Shown here: piece after piece, positions 57,865 to 64,000 of the stretch
Numbering within the stretch: the stretch's first letter is position 1
Layout of the letters: every line of letters starts with the position of its first letter
Origin: Patescibacteria group bacterium
GTDB taxonomy: Bacteria; Patescibacteriota; Minisyncoccia; Phycocordibacterales; JAKAEA01
DNA: 64,000 nt
NCBI GenBank assembly: GCA_040387855.1
Contig: JAZKCY010000001.1
Location: 104,396 to 168,395, forward strand
Direction: 5' to 3'
The notes under the pieces: generated by a model
The model's input: only the letters and a program-made list of their open reading frames with translations
What the model was told of the DNA's origin: nothing
Databases searched by the model: none
Translations under genes and position numbers: made by a program

Positions 57865-59796
57865 ATGAACGGAAATAATAATCAAACGCCAGGCCCGCGA
57901 TCGCCTCAAAAGCCCAAGGCTCCGTCGGGAAATCAGTTTTTGAAGAATATGTTGACGGGTCTGTTTATCCTCTTCATGTTGATCTTGCTCTACTCAGTAG
58001 TAGCAGAACGACGAGGAAAGGCGGAAGAAATATCATTGTCTCAGTTGGCAAATGATATTACGTCAGGAAAGGTAACGAAAGTTGTGGTAAATGGTGATAC
58101 GGTAAACGCGCATTACGATATTAAGAATGAGGTAGTAAAGACAGCAAAGAAGGAAGACGGTACTGCGCTTACTGACACATTGGTAAACTACGGAGTTACA
58201 CCGCAGCAGCTTTCACAAGTTGCTATTCAAGTTGAAAATCCAAACGGCTTAGCATTTTGGGTTCTCAATCTTGCGCCGATTATTCTCCCAATCTTGATTG
58301 TTATCTTGATTGCATGGTTCATCACTCGCCAAGTGAAGGGAGCTGGTGTACAAGCATTCACCTTCGGACAATCAAAGGCTCGAATTATCCCACCAGATGA
58401 TAAAAAGCAGCGAGTGACATTTAAGGATGTTGCCGGTGCTAAAGAAGCAAAAGAAGAACTCGCAGAAATTGTAGACTTCTTAAAGAATCCAAAAAAGTTC
58501 TTGGAGATTGGTGCACGAATTCCAAAAGGTATTCTTTTGATGGGTTCACCTGGAACTGGTAAGACATTGCTCGCTCGAGCAGTGGCAGGGGAAGCTCAAG
58601 TAGCATTCTTCTCAATCTCAGGTTCTGAATTCGTTGAAATGTTTGTGGGAGTAGGAGCTTCACGAGTACGAGATCTTTTCAAACTCGCAAAACAAGCTGC
58701 ACCTGCAATTATCTTCGTCGACGAAATTGACGCCGTAGGACGAATTCGAGGAACAGGAGTAGGAGGAGGAAATGATGAACGAGAACAAACACTCAACCAG
58801 ATTCTCGTTGAAATGGATGGATTCGAACCAAACGAAAAAGTTATCGTTATGGCCGCAACCAACCGACCAGACGTGCTCGACCCAGCGCTGTTGCGACCAG
58901 GACGATTTGACCGACGTGTGATGATTGATCCGCCAGACCGACATGACCGATTAGAAATTCTTAAAATTCATGCTCGCCAGAAACCATTTGGTGAAGATGT
59001 AAATCTTGAAGTGATTGCAGAACGAACTCCAGGATTTTCTGGAGCCGATCTCTACTCACTTATGAACGAAGGTGCTATCCTTGCAGCTCGTGAAAACCGA
59101 ACAAAGATCACTCAATACGATCTTATCCGATCTATCGAAAAAGTTATGCTCGGACCGGAACGAAAGAGTCATATCTTAAACAAGCGAGAAAAAGAACTCA
59201 CTGCATATCATGAAGCAGGACATGCACTCGTAGCATCAGTACTCGAACACTCAGACCCAGTGCACAAAATCTCTATCATCTCTCGAGGACGAGCAGCGGG
59301 ATACACCCTGAAGCTTCCACTTGAAGATCGACGAATGCAGTCACGAAAAGAATTCATCGACGATATTGCAATGACCCTTGGAGGATTCATTGTAGAAAAG
59401 ATGATCTACGGTGATACAACTACAGGTCCATCAAACGATCTTCAAGTATCAACAGCACTTGCACGAGATATGGTGACTCGATACGGTATGTCTGAGAAGC
59501 TTGGACCTATTGCTCTTGAAGGAGAGGGAGGACGAGCACTCTTCGGACGAGGTGTTGAAGACCATACTCACTCGGAAAAAATCTCTAGTCAGATTGATGA
59601 GGAAGTAGCATTGATTATGAACACTGCTTACAAGAAAGCAGAAGAGATTATCGTGAAGCATAGAAATGTGCTTGAGATAATCACTCGACGATTGATTGAA
59701 ACAGAAACAATCGAACGAGAAGAATTTGATCAGATCCTTGTGGCAAACGGAATCAATCTAAAAAAGAGACAAGAAGAGGTTATAGCTAAAGTATAA
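57865..59796 (+). CDS. ftsH: ATP-dependent zinc metalloprotease FtsH
   Basis: GSPGTGKT Walker A, AAA SRH, and HEAGHA zinc motif. Confidence 0.95.
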   Translation: MNGNNNQTPGPRSPQKPKAPSGNQFLKNMLTGLFILFMLILLYSVVAERRGKAEEISLSQLANDITSGKVTKVVVNGDTVNAHYDIKNEVVKTAKKEDGTALTDTLVNYGVTPQQLSQVAIQVENPNGLAFWVLNLAPIILPILIVILIAWFITRQVKGAGVQAFTFGQSKARIIPPDDKKQRVTFKDVAGAKEAKEELAEIVDFLKNPKKFLEIGARIPKGILLMGSPGTGKTLLARAVAGEAQVAFFSISGSEFVEMFVGVGASRVRDLFKLAKQAAPAIIFVDEIDAVGRIRGTGVGGGNDEREQTLNQILVEMDGFEPNEKVIVMAATNRPDVLDPALLRPGRFDRRVMIDPPDRHDRLEILKIHARQKPFGEDVNLEVIAERTPGFSGADLYSLMNEGAILAARENRTKITQYDLIRSIEKVMLGPERKSHILNKREKELTAYHEAGHALVASVLEHSDPVHKISIISRGRAAGYTLKLPLEDRRMQSRKEFIDDIAMTLGGFIVEKMIYGDTTTGPSNDLQVSTALARDMVTRYGMSEKLGPIALEGEGGRALFGRGVEDHTHSEKISSQIDEEVALIMNTAYKKAEEIIVKHRNVLEIITRRLIETETIEREEFDQILVANGINLKKRQEEVIAKV

Positions 59797-59804
59797 GAAC
59801 AACA

Positions 59805-59835
59805 AAACCCTGCAGAGATGCAGGGTTTTGTTTTG
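59805..59835 (+). terminator. rho-independent terminator of ftsH
   Basis: CCCTGCA-GAGAT-GCAGGG followed by TTTTGTTTTG. Confidence 0.6.
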
Positions 59836-59842
59836 AAAAATG

Positions 59843-59916
59843 TCCACCCTCTTGGATTCGAACCAAGGACCACCGAGGTATAAGCTCGGTGCTCTAACCA
59901 ACTGAGCTAAGGGTGG
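59843..59916 (-). tRNA. tRNA with anticodon UAU (Ile-type, AUA-reading), 74 nt, CCA not encoded
   Basis: Manual fold: acceptor CCACCCT/AGGGTGG, D-arm GCTC-AGTTGGTTA-GAGC, anticodon arm CCGAG-CTTATAC-CTCGG, variable loop TGGTC, T-arm CTTGG-TTCGAAT-CCAAG, discriminator A. Confidence 0.75.
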
Positions 59917-59984
59917 AATAGGCTGATTCTATAGGAAAAAGAAGCTTTAATCAATGTTACCTGAAAGCCGGGCTTGCGTAGTAT

Positions 59985-61049
59985 ATGCATATGAAAAACA
60001 ATATTATTATCATTGCCGGTATTGCCGTACTCATGAGCTTGTTTTCAGTAGGCTCTACGGCTCACGCCCTTAGTCCTTTACCGGATTTTGAGCGACGAAT
60101 GTGCGTTGGGATTGATTCAAATTTAACCGTAGGTTCACGAGATAAAGTTCCAACTGGATATGTATTTCGATTACAGCAGTATCTACAATCAGCAGGATTC
60201 TTAAATGTTAATCCAACAGGGTATTTTGGATCACTTACCAAAGAAGCAGTACGAAAATTCCAGCAATCAAATGGAGTTTCAGCAACTGGATATTTTGGAC
60301 CTCTTACTCGAGCAAAGCTTAAAGCTGTAAGTTGTACAGATGATATGCCAACTCCACCAGTTGTATCAAAAGATTTTTCTATTAGTGCAACTACAGATAA
60401 ATCTGTATATGTATCTGGTGAACCAATTGTTGTAACTATTACAGCAAAAAATATGGCATCAACTCCAAAGAATATGGAGTTTACCAATGGGTGTGAGACA
60501 GCTCTTAAAATTGGTGATTACGATCAAGTGCCAGTTCGACTTTGTATCTTGATGCTTAGTACAAAAACATTTGCAGCAGGGGAATCAAAGACATGGACAG
60601 TTACACTTCCAAAAGAAGAATATCAGGTACCTGTGGGAACTCACATTCTTGAAGCAAGTATCACAGGATACGGTGCAGCAAAAGTTCCTCTTACTGTAGT
60701 AGCATCACAAACAAGTCTAATGGTGACTTACCCAAAGGGAGGAGAGACATGGAAGATGGGAACTACACAAAAGGTTACATGGATGATGTCTAATGCAACA
60801 CCATACTCACGAGTAGATATTAAAATCCGACCAGCCATAGTATGTATTACTACACCATGTGAAGCAGAACCAGTACTCTCAATTAAAAATGCGCCGTTTG
60901 ATATTGCAAATCCATTTTACACCATCAATCTAAATCAAGGTGCAAACAAAGATGCGATTTTTTCTCCTGGAAATTATACAGCTGAAGTTTGCATAACAGG
61001 CACAACTATTTGTGCAAAGAGTGCATCACACTTTACTGTTGTTGAGTAA
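59985..61049 (+). CDS. secreted protein with a peptidoglycan-binding-like domain (paralog-like to 54259..55551)
   Basis: Signal peptide, then RLQQYLQSAGFL...TKEAVRKFQQSNGVSATGYFGPLT. Confidence 0.5.
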   Translation: MHMKNNIIIIAGIAVLMSLFSVGSTAHALSPLPDFERRMCVGIDSNLTVGSRDKVPTGYVFRLQQYLQSAGFLNVNPTGYFGSLTKEAVRKFQQSNGVSATGYFGPLTRAKLKAVSCTDDMPTPPVVSKDFSISATTDKSVYVSGEPIVVTITAKNMASTPKNMEFTNGCETALKIGDYDQVPVRLCILMLSTKTFAAGESKTWTVTLPKEEYQVPVGTHILEASITGYGAAKVPLTVVASQTSLMVTYPKGGETWKMGTTQKVTWMMSNATPYSRVDIKIRPAIVCITTPCEAEPVLSIKNAPFDIANPFYTINLNQGANKDAIFSPGNYTAEVCITGTTICAKSASHFTVVE

Positions 61050-61113
61050 ATTCTCTGGAACATTAAATAGTTAAAACTAAAACCACTTACTAATAATTAG
61101 TGAGTGGTTTTAG

Positions 61114-63270
61114 TTATTCAAAGTGGATGTCATCTTGTCGTGCGACTTTATTTTTTAAGATGGGGTAGTGGGAGAGCGTAAGATCATGTTCAAGAAGAGT
61201 CCGAGCTTCGGTACGGGCTGCTTCTACCATTTTCAGATTTTTCATTGCTTCCATCGCCAGGTCAGAAACACCCCATTGCTTACGACCATAGAGCTGCCCG
61301 GCACCGCGGAGTTGAAGATCAAATTCAGAAAGTTCAAATCCGTTTTTTGCAGTCTTTAATGCATTGAGTCGGTCCATTGATTTCTGTGATGATGTCTCAG
61401 AAAAGACATAACAGTATGCCTGATGATTGGATCGAATAACACGACCTCGTAATTGGTGCAGCTGTGAAAGACCAAAACGTTCTGCTCCTTCAATAATAAT
61501 AATAGTAGCATTAGGAACATTTACTCCCACTTCAACTACCGATGTGGCAACAAGAATATGTATTTTGCCGTCAGAGAAATCTTGCATCACATCTTCTTTC
61601 TCATCAGGTTTCATCTTGCTATGCAAAATGTCTATGTTGTACTCAGGGAAGACTTCTTTCTTAAGTCGCTTTGCTTCTTCTTTTACCGATTTTGCTTCGA
61701 CAGCAAATTCTTTTGATGGATCTGGCTCATCAATGCGCGGACATATCACATAAAGCTGTCGGCCAGCTTTCATTTCTTCCCGAATCCTTTCGTACGTTTG
61801 CGCACGCTTTGTTGGAGGAATAATATCAGTAATTATTGGCTTTCGTCCTACCGGCATTTGATCAAGCAGCGTTAAATCAAGATCACCAAAGACAGTAAGA
61901 GCGAGCGTGCGGGGAATAGGGGTTGCAGTCATTGAAAGCAGATGTGGAATTTGGGCTTGTTTGTTTACAAGTTTTTGTCGTTGCTTGGTACCAAATCTGT
62001 GTTGCTCATCAATGATTACATATGACAGATGCTTAAACTGCACGGCTTTTTGAATAAGAGAATGCGTTCCAATAAGAATGGGAATTTCACCATTGGCTAC
62101 CCATTTCAAAAGTTGGGTGCGAGAAATGTCGGTCCATCCTTCAGGATTTACTTTTGAAGGAAACTTTTTGCAACCAGATGAAGTGATGAGTCCAATACTA
62201 ATTCCTAAATGATAAAAATATTTAATAAATGATTCGAAATGTTGTTTGGCCAAGATTTCAGTAGGGCACATGTAGGCAACTTGAAGAGTCCCGAAAACTT
62301 GTCCCTTTGGACGAGTGGTTACTGCTGCATAAGTGGTAGTTGCTGCCACTGCTGTTTTTCCAGATCCCACATCTCCTTCAAGAAGTCGTGACATAGGATG
62401 ACCTGATTTAAAATCATCGATGATTTGTGAGATGGCTTTTGCTTGTGCTTCGGTTTCTTTAAACGGAAAACGTGAAGTGAACTTTTCTAAATCAGAATAC
62501 TCTTTTTCGATAATAAATGCAGGATTATTTTCGTTCTCGAGTCTATCTTTTTGTTTTAAGAGCTGGATCATAAACACTTCTTCAAAAGCAAAACGTTTTC
62601 GTGCTGCTTCAGAGTCACTCAATTTGCGGGGAGTGTGAATCCAGATAAGCGCAGTCTTTAATCCAGGTAATTTATATTTTTCTAGAATTTCTTGTGGAAT
62701 TGGATCTTCACATGAATCTAAACTATTTGCAGAAAATACTTTTTGAATAGCATGAAAGATCCATCGTGAAGTAATTCCCTGAGTTTCAGGATATACAGGG
62801 TAGAGACCACCTTGCTCGTGTGATTCGCCAAAAAGGGAAGTGCCTGCAACTGCTGGAGGCTTATCGGTAAATTCATATTCAGGATTTGAAAGATAGAAGC
62901 CTCCTGTTTTTCGTTCACTTACTTTTCCTGTAAAGCGAGCATATGATCCTTCGGGAATCATCTTGGCAATATATGCTTGGTGAAACCACACTACTCCCAT
63001 AGTTCCTGTCGCATCTTCAAGCGTAGCTTTGGCCATGGGGATCTTAGAACGAAAACCTTTTTTTAATTCTACCCCTGTAATTTTTGCATAAATAGAAGCT
63101 GTTTCTCCTTTAACCAAATTAGAAATATTTTTAACATCTCCAGCTTCAGAATAGCGGGTGGGGAAATAGTAGAGCAAATCTTCAATAGTCTTAAGACCAA
63201 GTCGTTGAAGTGCTTTCTTTTGGATATCTAATGTTCGGAAGGCTTTCTCAATCGGTGTCGTGAGTTCCAT
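61114..63270 (-). CDS. recG: ATP-dependent DNA helicase RecG
   Basis: Wedge domain, DVGSGKT Walker A and DEQHRFG Walker B. 718 aa. Confidence 0.9.
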   Translation of the reverse strand: MELTTPIEKAFRTLDIQKKALQRLGLKTIEDLLYYFPTRYSEAGDVKNISNLVKGETASIYAKITGVELKKGFRSKIPMAKATLEDATGTMGVVWFHQAYIAKMIPEGSYARFTGKVSERKTGGFYLSNPEYEFTDKPPAVAGTSLFGESHEQGGLYPVYPETQGITSRWIFHAIQKVFSANSLDSCEDPIPQEILEKYKLPGLKTALIWIHTPRKLSDSEAARKRFAFEEVFMIQLLKQKDRLENENNPAFIIEKEYSDLEKFTSRFPFKETEAQAKAISQIIDDFKSGHPMSRLLEGDVGSGKTAVAATTTYAAVTTRPKGQVFGTLQVAYMCPTEILAKQHFESFIKYFYHLGISIGLITSSGCKKFPSKVNPEGWTDISRTQLLKWVANGEIPILIGTHSLIQKAVQFKHLSYVIIDEQHRFGTKQRQKLVNKQAQIPHLLSMTATPIPRTLALTVFGDLDLTLLDQMPVGRKPIITDIIPPTKRAQTYERIREEMKAGRQLYVICPRIDEPDPSKEFAVEAKSVKEEAKRLKKEVFPEYNIDILHSKMKPDEKEDVMQDFSDGKIHILVATSVVEVGVNVPNATIIIIEGAERFGLSQLHQLRGRVIRSNHQAYCYVFSETSSQKSMDRLNALKTAKNGFELSEFDLQLRGAGQLYGRKQWGVSDLAMEAMKNLKMVEAARTEARTLLEHDLTLSHYPILKNKVARQDDIHFE

Positions 63271-63275
63271 TGCCC

Positions 63276-64000
63276 CTAGAGTATACCAAATTTTTGACCT
63301 TGTTTTACAATAAAGCCTTCATCACAAAGCTTCAGCAAATTTTTATCTATGATCTCAGGAGTAGTACTGATATTTTCTAGTTCTAGTTGCTTTATAAGAC
63401 TTTTTTCTGTCTGAGGGCTTTTTGTAATAGCTCGAACAATAGCAGCTCGTATTTGCCGATTAGAGCCAATAAATTTAGATTGTTTCGTATAGTGCTTGCT
63501 GCGTTTATTTGCATTACCATGAGCCTTTTTGAGCATCACACCATAGTCCATGAGTGCATAGTACCAATCTCTGGGGTTTTTTTGATCTAAAGTTTTTCTA
63601 ACTAACTCTAAAATTTCTGAGTCGTGAATCTCACCATGCTCTTTGGAGAAAAATTCATGAATGTACACTGTCCGAATGTTGGTTTCTATAATTGGATGAG
63701 CTTTATTAAATGCGAATGCTAGGACTGCACCGGCAGTGTATGGCCCAATGCCAGGTAAATCTAATAGTTCTGCATACGTAGTTGGGAATTTTTTAGAATA
63801 CTTTTGTACAACAGTTTGTGCTGCACGCTGCAATGCTAATGCTCGTCTGTTGTAACCCAAGCCTTGCCAATAGGTAAGAACTTGCTGTAATGGAGCTTTT
63901 GCAAGCACTTCTGCTGTGGGAAATACTTCAAGCCATGCTGTGTATTTTGGAATAACTCGTTCTGTCTGGGTTTGTTGAAGCATTATTTCTGAAACCAAAA
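63276..64000 (-). CDS. HhH-GPD base-excision DNA glycosylase (MutY/Nth family), partial; the N-terminus lies beyond the window edge
   Basis: VSEIMLQQTQ...LPGIGPYTAGA HhH-GPD motif. The ORF stays open to position 64000. Confidence 0.65.
   Translation of the reverse strand, partial: LVSEIMLQQTQTERVIPKYTAWLEVFPTAEVLAKAPLQQVLTYWQGLGYNRRALALQRAAQTVVQKYSKKFPTTYAELLDLPGIGPYTAGAVLAFAFNKAHPIIETNIRTVYIHEFFSKEHGEIHDSEILELVRKTLDQKNPRDWYYALMDYGVMLKKAHGNANKRSKHYTKQSKFIGSNRQIRAAIVRAITKSPQTEKSLIKQLELENISTTPEIIDKNLLKLCDEGFIVKQGQKFGIL

Noticed and set aside
1-64000. CRISPR arrays, integrase/transposase genes, prophage modules
   Set aside because: No spaced identical repeats or recombinase-like ORFs were seen anywhere in the window. 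The insertions have no recognisable mobility genes at their borders.

Overview
This 64 kb window appears to come from a low-GC (about 38-42%) reduced genome consistent with a CPR/Patescibacteria-like bacterium. The supporting signs are that rpmD (L30) is absent between rpsE and rplO, S14 is the zinc type, and several ribosomal proteins carry N- or C-terminal extensions. The standard genetic code is in use. The backbone is a large ribosomal-protein neighbourhood:

- rpmB, rpsL-rpsG, fusA and tuf.
- An S10/spc block running rpsJ-rplC-rplD-rplW-rplB, a gap, then rpsS through rplO, followed by secY-adk-map.
- ndk, rplT-rpmI-infC, a two-component system, ssrA (tmRNA) with smpB, ftsH, a tRNA, recG and a partial mutY-like gene.

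The most striking feature is a 3.4 kb, four-gene insertion placed exactly between rplB and rpsS. It is bracketed by a terminator after rplB and a consensus TTGACA/TATAAT promoter before rpsS. The insertion encodes a high-GC MYG1-family (UPF0160) metal-dependent hydrolase, a low-GC divergent MYG1-like paralog, a small P-loop kinase resembling polynucleotide kinase, and a high-GC protein of unknown function. This could be an uncharacterised RNA-end processing or repair module embedded in the ribosomal operon.

Single-gene modules of clearly foreign composition (52-65% GC, GC3-rich) recur across the window, each with its own terminator and sometimes its own promoter. They occur at 2571-2867, 16707-17618 and 19172-19855, and throughout a 46.3-53.7 kb mosaic island. 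That island carries an ArsB/NhaD-type permease, a lipoprotein, a membrane fatty-acid desaturase and three unknown genes, interleaved with native low-GC genes.

Other notable items:

- A TM-less VirB4/TraG-like T4SS-type ATPase sits where the alpha operon normally follows map.
- ComEC is split around an opposite-strand sod gene.
- A roughly 190-nt GC-rich structured candidate sRNA has its own -10 box and terminator.
- There is a tRNA with a UAU anticodon.
- infC has a non-AUG start.
- An inverted tRNA-like fragment lies next to ssrA.

No CRISPR arrays, integrases or transposases were seen.
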